This document shows positions 55,732 through 64,000 of a stretch of 64,000 nt of DNA, piece after piece. The notes beneath the pieces were generated by a model. The model worked only from the letters and a program-made list of their open reading frames with translations. It made no database searches and was not told where the DNA came from. Source of the stretch: Thermoplasmata archaeon. Lineage in GTDB: Archaea; Thermoplasmatota; Thermoplasmata; RBG-16-68-12. Within the stretch, counting starts at the first letter, position 1; every line of letters begins with the position of its first letter. The translations under genes were made by a program, and so were the position numbers. The stretch covers positions 2,735-66,734 of the forward strand of contig DATMDM010000166.1 in the NCBI GenBank assembly GCA_035557795.1, given 5' to 3'.

Positions 55732-57036
55732 ATGGGGCTTTCGCGGTTCACGAAGCCGGTGTCATCCTCCGATTTGCGGACGCGCGTGCGTCGCTTCTAC
55801 GCGTACCAGACCGCATCGTCGTTCGCGATCTGGATCCCGTTCTGGGCGCTGTGGATTCGCGGCCATCTGTCCTCCGACTTCGAATTCACGCTCGTCGACG
55901 TCGCCTTCTGGGTCGGGCTCCTCGTGTTCCAGCTCCCCGTCGGCGTCGTCGCAGACCGCACGCCGCGGAGACGGACGATCGTCCTGAGCGAGTTGTTCCG
56001 CTCGGCGGGCATCCTGGGCTACGGCATCAGCGCAACGTTCTGGGGATTCGTCGCGGCCAACGTTGTCTGGTCGCTCGGAGCGGCGTTCTCGATCGGGACC
56101 TCCGCGTATCTGTACGAGACGTTGCTCGAGGCGGGCCACGAGACGGAGTTCCCGCGGTATATCGGCCGGGTCACGATGATCCAGCTCCTCTCGAACGCGG
56201 CGGGAGCCTTCGTCGGCGGCGTGTTCGTCGGGGTGGTGGGGGACCTGCGACTCACCCTCTTGGTCGGCGCGATCCTGAATCTCGGAGCGATCGGCGTTGC
56301 GGTCACGTTCCGCGAGCCGAAGGTCGAGCGAACTCCCGAATCGACCTACGTGGAGCAACTCGTGCAAGGCCTGCGGGTCGTGCGTCGACGGGAGGGCGTC
56401 GCCTTGTTGATCGGAGTCGAGGTGTTCCTCGGCGTCACGCTTTACGTGATGGCCGTGTTCCGGCCGCTGTACCTCCAGGCGCTCGGCCTCTCCGAATCCG
56501 TGATCGCGATTTCGATCAGCGGCTTCCTCCTCGTCGCGGCGATCTGGTCCGCGTTCGCGGGAACGATCACGCGGGTCCTCGGCGAATTCGGGACGCTCGC
56601 CCTCCTAGTCCTCATGGCGTCCGCCGCGTTTTTCGGCATGTACGGCGCGGGACAATTTCCCGGCGCGGCGCTGGTCCAGGTGCCCCTGTACATCGTCTGG
56701 AGTCTGCAGCCAGCCCTCACGACCGCGTTCCTGAACCGCCGGCTCGAGCCCGGCCAGCGGGCGACCGTGTTGTCGATGGGCGCGTTCGCGTACACGTTGG
56801 GCCTCGTGATCGTCGAGCCGCTCGCGGGCGCGCTCACGACGACGACGGGATTGCTGAACCTCGGACTCTTCCTCGGGGTCGTGACGTTCTTCCCATGCGC
56901 CTACATCCTCGCACGCTGGCGCACGACCGTCGCCGCGTGGCCCGCGGTGACTCCGCTGCCGTCCCGGCTGATCGCAGGCCACCGCGTGTCGCGGTTCCAT
57001 CGCCTCCTGGAGAGGATGAGCCGCCTCAGGCCGTGA
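55732..57036 (+). CDS. MFS transporter
   Basis: 12 predicted TM helices and MFS-like loop motifs. Trimmed to M98 of the listed ORF. Confidence 0.55.
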   Translation: MGLSRFTKPVSSSDLRTRVRRFYAYQTASSFAIWIPFWALWIRGHLSSDFEFTLVDVAFWVGLLVFQLPVGVVADRTPRRRTIVLSELFRSAGILGYGISATFWGFVAANVVWSLGAAFSIGTSAYLYETLLEAGHETEFPRYIGRVTMIQLLSNAAGAFVGGVFVGVVGDLRLTLLVGAILNLGAIGVAVTFREPKVERTPESTYVEQLVQGLRVVRRREGVALLIGVEVFLGVTLYVMAVFRPLYLQALGLSESVIAISISGFLLVAAIWSAFAGTITRVLGEFGTLALLVLMASAAFFGMYGAGQFPGAALVQVPLYIVWSLQPALTTAFLNRRLEPGQRATVLSMGAFAYTLGLVIVEPLAGALTTTTGLLNLGLFLGVVTFFPCAYILARWRTTVAAWPAVTPLPSRLIAGHRVSRFHRLLERMSRLRP

Positions 57037-58824
57037 CGGTCACGTCGGTCGGGGTGGGTGGCGTCACGAGGTGGCACGCCGCGGCGTTCCCGGGCTCGAG
57101 CTCCACGAGCGGCGGCTCGCTCCACGCGTGCATCGAGGCGTAGACGTATCCGGCGCTCACCCGGACCTCGGCGATGCCCTTCAGCGCGAGCCGCGAGGAT
57201 CGGTGTTCCGCTACGAAGGTGCGGAGACCCTCGGCGACGGCCTCGGGGGTCGCACCGGGAGCGAGCGCGATGCCGATCGTCTTCGGATCCTGGGCCTGCA
57301 ACGCCGCGATCCCGGTCAGCATCCCTTTGCCCTGGAGGGATCTCAGCTCGTCGACGGCCTCGTCCGCGGTCCAGCCACATCGCTCGAACGCAACGGGACA
57401 CCGGGGATGGAATCGACAACCGGCCGGAATGTTCACCGGATCCGGCCGCTCGCCCTTCAAGATCACGCGGTCCACTTTCTTCCGGGGGTCCGGACTCGGG
57501 ACGACGGAGATGAGCGCCTGCGTGTACGGATGCTTCGGGTGCCCGATGACCTGTTCCGCCGTCCCGATCTCGACGATCTTCCCCAGGTACATGACCGCGA
57601 TCCGGTCGGCGAGGACCCATGCGAGCCCGAGGTCGTGCGTGATGAACAGGTACGTGAGCCCTTTCTTCTCGCGGAGCTCGAGGAGGAGCTGGAGGATGTC
57701 CGTCCGGATCGACACGTCGAGCATCGACACCGGTTCGTCCGCCACGACGAACTCCGGTTCGAGGGCGAGCGCCGCGGCGATCGAGACGCGCTGCCGCTGC
57801 CCGCCGCTCAGCTCGTGCGGGAACCGGAACATCAGCTCCTCGGCGGGGCGGAGGCCGGCGTCGTTCAGCGCCCTCGTTACCTGAGCCACCGTCTCCTCCT
57901 GGGACGACGTCAATCGGTTCACCCGCACAGGCTCCGAGACGATCTCGAAGACGCTTTGCTTCGGGTTCAGGGACTCGTACGGATCCTGGAAGATCATGTG
58001 GAGGCGCCGCCGCATGCTCCGGATCTTGATCCCGGCGAGCCCTTCCGAGGTCGATCGGAGGTCCAGGATGACGCGGGACAATCCCGCGGCGAGGCCGGGC
58101 GCGAACACCAGTCCGATCAACATCGCGAACGCGGTGTCTGTCCACAGGAATCCGAGTGCGCTCGGGACATCGAACCGCGCCCCCGGCCCTTGGAGGACGA
58201 CCGCGTACAGGTCTAGCGCGAACAGGGGACCGATGTTCATGATTCCGAGGGCGAGGAGCGCGAGGAATGCGGGCGTGCGTCGGGTTGGTCGCGAAGGCGG
58301 CAAGGATCCCACCGTGCCGAGGACGAAGCCGATGAAGATCGATGTGCCGAGGACCATCCACTGGTTCGTGAACGGTTGCTGGAGCAGCGCGACCAACAAG
58401 GCCGGCACCGTCAGCGCGAGAAAGGCCGCGACGACGATCGCGGCGGTCGTCGTGAGGATGTCCCTCGGCGTCCACGGGTCGTTCGGAATCCAAGTGAACG
58501 AGTATCGTCGTCGAAGATCCTCCAGGGTGGCGGCCTGGGCCGGGTCGTCCGGGTGATTCCGAGCCTCCTCGTACCGGCGGTAGTCGGCGTCCGGCATCTC
58601 GAACAAGACATCGCCGTCCGTGGGCTCGGCGAGTCGCAGGAGCGCCTTGCCCGTCGTCGTCTTGCCACAGCCGCTCTCCCCGACGAGGCACAAGATCTCC
58701 CGCCGTCGGACGTCGAGGTCGATCCCGTCGACCGCCTTGACCCAGGCGTCCCCGGAGCCCAGGACGTCCTTGAGCAGGCCCCGTCGCTGCGAGAACCAGA
58801 CTTTCAGGCCGCGGACGCGGATCA
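57026..58824 (-). CDS. oppF: Second OppF-type ABC ATPase with the same post-Walker-A membrane insertion
   Basis: Same architecture as 52877..54619 (GESGCGKTT, TM insert, IFQDPYESLNP, LSGGQRQR). True start is GTG (VIRVRGLKVWF) overlapping the oppD-2 stop. The listed 763-aa ORF N-terminus is antisense GC junk. Confidence 0.65.
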
Positions 58825-59817
58825 CGGCGTCGCTGCGAGCGGACGCGGGGATACCTCCGGGACTTGCGGATACAGGAAACAGGCGGCCCGGCGCCGCGGG
58901 GTGACTTCGGCGAGGGCCGGCTCGGCGGCCGTGCAGCGGTCGAACGCGAACTTGCATCGCGGGTGGAACACGCACCCCGCCGGCGGTGAGATAAGGCTGG
59001 GAACGAGACCCGGAATCGACGACGGCATGACTCGCGGTCCCCGCACGTCCGGGAAGGCGCCGACCAGGCCCTGCGTGTACGGATGCTTCGGATCCGTGAA
59101 CACGTCGACCGTGCTCCCGAGCTCCATGATCTTGCCAGCATACATGATGGCGATTCGTTCGCACGTTTCCGCCATGACGCTGAGGTCGTGGGAAATCAGG
59201 ATCATGGACAGGTGGAGATCCCGCCGGAGTCGCTCGAGGAGGTCTAGGATTTGCGCTTGGATCATCACGTCGAGGGCCGTGACCGGCTCGTCGGCGATCA
59301 CGAGTTTCGGGTTGCACGCGAGGGCCATGGCGATCATCACCCGCTGCCGCATGCCGCCGGAGAACTCATGGGGAAAGTCTCGGACGCGGGCTCGCGGGAT
59401 GCCGACCAGCTCGAGGAGCTCTTCGGCCCGCCGCATCGCCTCCGGCTCTTGCACCTTCTCGTGGAGGACGATCGGTTCGGCGATTTGGCGGCCGATCCGC
59501 CGGACCGGGTTCAAGGAGTTCATCGCGCCTTGGAAGATGATCGAGATGTCTTTCCATCGAACGTTCCGGATCGCGGTCTCCGAGGCGCGGGTGAGGTCTC
59601 GACCGTTGAAGCGGATCCGGCCGCGAACGATCTTCCCGTTGTACGGCAAGAGGCGCATGAGTGCCAACGCAGTCGTGGTCTTGCCGCATCCGCTCTCCCC
59701 GGCGAGGCCGAGCGCCTCGCCCTCCTCCAGGCCGAACGAGACGCCTTCGACCGCGTGGACCGTCCCCTCTTGCGTCGTGTACTCGACGACGAGGTCCTCG
59801 ACCTCGAGGAGCGGAAT
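58822..59817 (-). CDS. oppD: Second OppD-type ABC ATPase; start codon anomalous (ATT where the paralog has ATG)
   Basis: The full N-terminal domain (IPLLEVEDLVVEYTTQEGTVHAVEGVSFGLEEGEALGLAGESGCGKTT) is encoded in frame after a stop. The only ATG, GTG or TTG is far downstream (TTG at ALMRLLP). Confidence 0.55.
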   Translation of the reverse strand: MPLLEVEDLVVEYTTQEGTVHAVEGVSFGLEEGEALGLAGESGCGKTTTALALMRLLPYNGKIVRGRIRFNGRDLTRASETAIRNVRWKDISIIFQGAMNSLNPVRRIGRQIAEPIVLHEKVQEPEAMRRAEELLELVGIPRARVRDFPHEFSGGMRQRVMIAMALACNPKLVIADEPVTALDVMIQAQILDLLERLRRDLHLSMILISHDLSVMAETCERIAIMYAGKIMELGSTVDVFTDPKHPYTQGLVGAFPDVRGPRVMPSSIPGLVPSLISPPAGCVFHPRCKFAFDRCTAAEPALAEVTPRRRAACFLYPQVPEVSPRPLAATP

Positions 59818-59818
59818 C

Positions 59819-60751
59819 CTACCGCCTCCGGAGACGCGGGTTCAGGATTTCATCGAGCGCGTATCCGAAGAGGTAGAACCCGAACACGAGGAAGACGATG
59901 CACAGCCCCGGGACGATTAGCCAGCCCGGATTCCCGATGCCGATTGCGTTGTTGTCGATCGCCTCGTCGATGATCTTCCCCCAGCTCACCGTGTTCGTCG
60001 GCGAGAGACGCAAGAATGCGAGGACGCTCTCCGACAGGATCGAGACCGCGACGGTCAGGATTGTGTTCGCGAAGATGAGCGGGAAGGCGTTCGGGAAGAT
60101 GTGCCGAAGCAGGATCCGCCAACTCGGGACCCCGATCATCCGGGCCCGCTCGATGAACACCCGCTCTTTGATGCTGAGCACCTGGCTGCGGATGACCCGA
60201 GCCGTCACGGACCAACCCGTGAGGCCGATGACAAGGATGAGTCCCGTGAGGTCGATCACCCCCAGCTTGGCGGCGACGATGATCATGAGCACGAGCCAAG
60301 GGATCGACAGGACCACGTCGTTGAAGCGCATCATGACCTCGTCGAGCCAGCCTCCCGCGAAACCGGAGATGAGGCCGACCGCGGTCCCGACGACGCTGGC
60401 CACGACCGCGGACGCGATTCCCACGATGAGGGAGGTCTGGGTCCCCCAGATGATTTGGGAGTAGATGTCGAAGCTGAAGTAGTTCGTCCCGAGCGGATGC
60501 AGGGGATTGGGCCGCTGCAGGAACGACGTCGGGTTGGAGTCGGAGACGGCCTGGCGGGGACCGTACGGCGCGAGCCACGGTGCGGCGAGCGCGAGGAACG
60601 TGAAGAAGATGAGGATGCCCATCCCGGCCATCGCGGTGCGACTATGGTAGATCTGGGTCCACACGTCGCGGAACCGTCGATACGCGACGATCAGCGATGC
60701 GCGGAGGATCGAAACCGACGGCCTCTTGATGATGACTTCCGTCGCGCCCAT
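59819..60751 (-). CDS. oppC: Oligopeptide/dipeptide ABC transporter permease (OppC/DppC)
   Basis: BPD_transp_1 EAA-loop region and 6 TM helices. 310 aa. Confidence 0.8.
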   Translation of the reverse strand: MGATEVIIKRPSVSILRASLIVAYRRFRDVWTQIYHSRTAMAGMGILIFFTFLALAAPWLAPYGPRQAVSDSNPTSFLQRPNPLHPLGTNYFSFDIYSQIIWGTQTSLIVGIASAVVASVVGTAVGLISGFAGGWLDEVMMRFNDVVLSIPWLVLMIIVAAKLGVIDLTGLILVIGLTGWSVTARVIRSQVLSIKERVFIERARMIGVPSWRILLRHIFPNAFPLIFANTILTVAVSILSESVLAFLRLSPTNTVSWGKIIDEAIDNNAIGIGNPGWLIVPGLCIVFLVFGFYLFGYALDEILNPRLRRR

Positions 60752-60760
60752 TTCGACCCC

Positions 60761-61780
60761 CTAGGCGACCTTGATTCGCGGGTCGAGGTAGAGCAGCAGG
60801 AAATCGGAGACGAGGTTGGCGAGGACGATGGCGACGCCGCCCACGACGATGATGAACTGGAGGAGCGGGTAGTCGAGGTTGTGAATCGCCTCGATCGTCC
60901 GCCAGCCGATCCCCCGGTAGTTGAAGACCCACTCGACCTGGTACGCCCCGCCGAGGATGAACGCGATGTCCAGGGCGATGAGGGACACCATCGGCGGCAA
61001 GCCGTTCGGGAAGATATGCCGACGGAGCACTTGTCGATCGCTGAGCCCCTTCGCCTTTGCGGTCGTCACGAAATCCTCCGTCATCACGTCGATGAGGGAG
61101 CTTCGCATGACGAGGGAGATGCCGGCCAGGGTTCCGACGCTCAACGTGAGGGCCGGCAGGATCAGATGGGTGGACACGCTCGCGATATGGGCCCAGTCCC
61201 AGGCCCATTGCTGGGGGAACGGCGGGTCGTCGAGGTAGCCGCCGGACGGCAGCACAGGCCACCACGAGAAATATCCCTTCAGGAAGGAGCTCCTCGAAAA
61301 GGCGACTTGGAGGACGATCCCCAGCCAGAAGATTGGCATGCCGTAGAAGAAGATGCTGAGGCCCGTCGAGGCGAGATCGAACGGTCGTCCGCGCTTCACC
61401 GCGGCATATGAGCCGACGATCATCCCGATCAAGATCGTGAAGATGGTCGACGTCCCGACGAGGAGGAGCGTCCAGCCGAGGTCGTGGAAGAGGAGGTCCG
61501 CCACGGGCGCGCGCCAGAAGTACGAGTAGCCCCAGTTGAGGGTGACCGTGTTCTGCAGGTAGATGACGAACTGTTCGAACGGAGGCTTGTCGAGTCCGAA
61601 CAGTTCGGCGTTTGCTTTCGCGAGGCCGATGAACTGGGTATTCCTCGGTACTAAGGCGAGGTTCGGGTCTCCGGGCATCAGCCGGATCAGCACGTAGTTC
61701 AGGCAGATGATCCCGAAGATCGTGACGACCGCGTTGATCGATCGCCGAATGACGACCCTCAGGACCTTGCCCATGGGCAT
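60761..61780 (-). CDS. oppB: Oligopeptide/dipeptide ABC transporter permease (OppB/DppB)
   Basis: N-terminal VLRVVIRRSINAVVT and the OppB layout. 339 aa. Confidence 0.8.
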   Translation of the reverse strand: MPMGKVLRVVIRRSINAVVTIFGIICLNYVLIRLMPGDPNLALVPRNTQFIGLAKANAELFGLDKPPFEQFVIYLQNTVTLNWGYSYFWRAPVADLLFHDLGWTLLLVGTSTIFTILIGMIVGSYAAVKRGRPFDLASTGLSIFFYGMPIFWLGIVLQVAFSRSSFLKGYFSWWPVLPSGGYLDDPPFPQQWAWDWAHIASVSTHLILPALTLSVGTLAGISLVMRSSLIDVMTEDFVTTAKAKGLSDRQVLRRHIFPNGLPPMVSLIALDIAFILGGAYQVEWVFNYRGIGWRTIEAIHNLDYPLLQFIIVVGGVAIVLANLVSDFLLLYLDPRIKVA

Positions 61781-61820
61781 TCCCTCTTCCCGGGAGGGCT
61801 TCGCGCGAGCCGACTCGCGG

Positions 61821-64000
61821 TCATGGAGGCGGCGCCGGTGGGGGCGGCGGCGGTCCCGGTGGCCCCGCCTGCTCCCGTTCTTCCTGTGACCGCTTCCTCC
61901 GACGCCACAACGTCGCGACGACGGCGAGGGCGATGGCTGCGACGATCACCAACGGAACGCCGTAGTTGATCCACGGATTGACCTCGGGGGTTGGAGTCCC
62001 GCCGCCGGTCGATCGGGCTTGCACGACGATCGTCGCCCTCGCACTGATGGCTGCCGAGACGTTGTCCGTGTAGTTTGCGGTCACCGAGTACGTACCCACC
62101 GTTGCGTATGCGTGCACCAGCTGGACCACCTTCGAGGTCGAGGTCCCGGTGACATAACTCGTGCCGCTACTCCCGTCTCCGAAGCGCCACACGACGTACA
62201 CCGGGTCGCCTTCGGCGTCACTCACCGTGAGGTTGAAGTAGACATTTTCCCCGGGGTAGACGAAGGTCTGGTGGGCCAGTCCCACCTGCAACGTCGCCGC
62301 CGGCGGGTTGTTGGTGCCCGCCGGGCTGATCGTGGCGACCGCGGATTGGCAGACGGGCCACTCCGAGTCCGTCGCTCGAACGCGGATTGGGTACGTTCCC
62401 GCTTGGGCATACGTGTGGGTCACGCTGGCCTGCGCGGTCGTGACGGCTGCGGTACCATCCCCGAAATCGAACGTGTAGGTCAGGGACTGCGCCTCCGGAT
62501 CCACGGCCGAGACCGAGATCGTGGCGGCCGCTCCCGCGACGCCGCCGATATCGGAGAAGCTGGTGATCACCGGCGCCCGGTTGTCGAGCGGATCGACCCG
62601 GAACCACAGGTTGGGCAAGTCGCTATCGGGAGTGTCGCCGATGGCTTGGCTCCAGTTCCCGTAGTTCGTCCATCCCGAGCGTGGGTTCGTCCCAGGTCGG
62701 CCGTTCGTCGCTCCGTACAACGAGAGTTGGTAGTACGGCAGGATGTACGAGGCGTAATGGTACAACATGGCTTGCATCTGGTCCGTGATGGTCCGGCGCG
62801 ATGAGGGATTGATGGTCGTCAGGGACTGGTTGTACAGCGCGTCGTACGTCGCGTTGCTGTAGTAGTTGTCGCTCGTCGGGCCAAGCGCTCCGCTCGTCTC
62901 GACCTGCAAGACGTCGAGGGAGGGGTCCGAGATGGGCGAGAAGATCCAGTCCCAGATCCACAGATCGTAGTCTCCGGAGAACCAGATGCCGACCATCTGG
63001 TTGTACGTGTATACGTGGTATCCGGGATTGCCCCGGGCATCCGTCGTCCGGATGCCCGTCTGCGCGAGCCACGCGGTGATGTTGATGGCCGCGGCTTCGA
63101 ACGCCGCGTACGTATTGGGCATGTAGAGTCGGAACGTGAGCGGGTCGGCCCCGTTCGCCTTGTAAAGCGGCGTCGTGTTCAGGTCCACCGTCCCCGCTGA
63201 ATTGTACTTCCAGCCGGCGGCGTTCAGCATGGCCCTCGCGGCCTTCGGATCGAACACGAAGCGGTCGCTCGCCGGGATCGAGTAGTGCCATGGATTCGCG
63301 GACGGGACCAGGGTGTCCGCCTCGCGGCCGAGCCCGAGCAAGGCATACTTGACGACGGCCGTCTTGTCGATGCTCATGGCAATCGCCTTGCGGACCGTGT
63401 AGTTGAGGAGCAGCTGGTTGTTGTATGCGCCTCCCGTCTGGAATTGCGGATACGCCGCCCGGATCTGCGGGGTCATGACGTTCACGTTGAATTCGGCGAC
63501 GAACCCGGCATCCGCGGCCCACTTCTCGAACCCGTTCGGGTTGTTCCCGGCGGGCAGCGCGTTCAGGTAGTCCGCCGGGCCGACGAAGGCGATCGTGTCG
63601 AGGCCCGAGGTCCCCGAGAGGAAGTCGGAGACCATGCTCGCGGAGCTCGTGTATCCCTTGAAGAAGACCTCGTCCGGCCGGGAGACTTGGCAGTACTGCT
63701 GCGCGCCGAAGTAGTTCGGGTTCCTCCGCAGAACGAAATTCGATCCGAAGGTGGTGTTGGCGACATCGTAGTACATCGCCCCGGAACCGATTGGCACGCC
63801 GTTCGCGTACCGGGTCGGGCTCCTGACCGTCGACCAGACGTACTGCGGGAAGATCGGGATGACGCTCGCCGTCGTGTACATCGCCGCGAACGGGGCGTCC
63901 GTCACGATTTGCACCGTGTGGGGATCCAGCGCGGTCACGTTCTGCCACGGAATTTGAACCATGTAGGCGTTGAAGATGCTCGCCGTCTCGTTTGCATTCA
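61821..64000 (-). CDS. oppA: ABC substrate-binding protein (family 5, OppA-like) with two C-terminal PKD-like domains, a TM anchor and a Pro-rich tail; 5' end outside the window
   Basis: Solute-binding family-5 core. C-terminal FDFGDGT and WRFGDGSSG PKD-like repeats. Hydrophobic anchor VPLVIVAAIALAVVATLW, then RRRKR and a PPGPPPPPPAPPP tail. The reading frame is open to the window end. Confidence 0.65.
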   Translation of the reverse strand, partial: NANETASIFNAYMVQIPWQNVTALDPHTVQIVTDAPFAAMYTTASVIPIFPQYVWSTVRSPTRYANGVPIGSGAMYYDVANTTFGSNFVLRRNPNYFGAQQYCQVSRPDEVFFKGYTSSASMVSDFLSGTSGLDTIAFVGPADYLNALPAGNNPNGFEKWAADAGFVAEFNVNVMTPQIRAAYPQFQTGGAYNNQLLLNYTVRKAIAMSIDKTAVVKYALLGLGREADTLVPSANPWHYSIPASDRFVFDPKAARAMLNAAGWKYNSAGTVDLNTTPLYKANGADPLTFRLYMPNTYAAFEAAAINITAWLAQTGIRTTDARGNPGYHVYTYNQMVGIWFSGDYDLWIWDWIFSPISDPSLDVLQVETSGALGPTSDNYYSNATYDALYNQSLTTINPSSRRTITDQMQAMLYHYASYILPYYQLSLYGATNGRPGTNPRSGWTNYGNWSQAIGDTPDSDLPNLWFRVDPLDNRAPVITSFSDIGGVAGAAATISVSAVDPEAQSLTYTFDFGDGTAAVTTAQASVTHTYAQAGTYPIRVRATDSEWPVCQSAVATISPAGTNNPPAATLQVGLAHQTFVYPGENVYFNLTVSDAEGDPVYVVWRFGDGSSGTSYVTGTSTSKVVQLVHAYATVGTYSVTANYTDNVSAAISARATIVVQARSTGGGTPTPEVNPWINYGVPLVIVAAIALAVVATLWRRRKRSQEEREQAGPPGPPPPPPAPPP

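Noticed and set aside
57026-59317. 763-aa OppF-2 call and the overlapping 746-aa ORF 56901..59141
   Set aside because: The N-terminal ~165 aa of the 763-aa ORF are antisense to oppD-2. The real start is the GTG at ~58824. ORF 56901..59141 is pure GC-frame junk.
60101-61411. 436-aa plus-strand ORF across oppC and oppB
   Set aside because: Acidic and Arg-rich low-complexity shadow of the permease genes.
62623-63948. 441-aa minus ORF in another frame of oppA
   Set aside because: R/G/P-rich shadow. The 61821..64000 frame carries solute-binding family-5 and PKD signatures.
1-64000. CRISPR arrays, rRNA genes, IS elements with transposase
   Set aside because: No regularly spaced short repeats, no rRNA-like conserved stretches, and no transposase or integrase ORF was found.

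Overview
High-GC (~65%) archaeal chromosomal segment. Archaeal identity rests on ribosomal proteins L44e and S27e, aIF2-alpha, Nop10, Bud32, a PAC2 proteasome-assembly homologue, a Dph6-like ligase, tRNAs without encoded CCA, and an intron-containing tRNA. Lineage cannot be fixed from sequence alone.

Layout:
- 1-10 kb: housekeeping genes (Bud32, Ham1, RpiA, L44e, S27e, aIF2a, Nop10) and tRNA-Pro. The tRNA-Pro 3' end is repeated about 0.67 kb downstream, bracketing a low-GC orphan ORF (integration scar).
- 10-20.4 kb: an accessory island anchored at tRNA-Glu(UUC). Three further copies of the tRNA 3'-end att core follow, each preceded by a conserved ~100-bp element-derived sequence, as in tandem integrated-element remnants. 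No integrase is visible. The island carries paralogous small membrane proteins, a ~700-aa predicted membrane glycoprotein, a Cld-family protein, MerA, and a three-domain DsbA-like/wHTH/ArsM arsenite methyltransferase fusion.
- 20.4-33 kb: redox and central-metabolism genes (peroxiredoxin, DsbA-like, Rieske protein, isocitrate lyase, aldehyde dehydrogenase, aminotransferase, PfpI) and tRNA-Val.
- 33-41 kb: a contiguous heme-synthesis operon, hemA-hemC-hemD-hemB-cld/hemQ-like-hemL-hemE-hemH. This is the coproporphyrin/classical route, which is unusual for archaea. It is followed by a TMEM175-like channel, an OCD-family gene and an animal-type heme peroxidase.
- 44-52.8 kb: an amino-acid and peptide catabolism cluster (D-aminoacylase, two extra class-III aminotransferase paralogs, BKACE/Kce, a SAM methyltransferase) with an embedded Panacea-antitoxin/PIN-toxin pair.
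- 52.9-64 kb: an Opp/Dpp ABC importer with two oppD-oppF pairs. Both OppF ATPases carry a ~190-aa multi-helix hydrophobic insertion between Walker A and the Q-loop. This is the most unusual feature seen. The substrate-binding protein has PKD domains and a C-terminal anchor and is truncated at the window edge.

Many long GC-frame ORFs in the track are spurious shadows of real genes.
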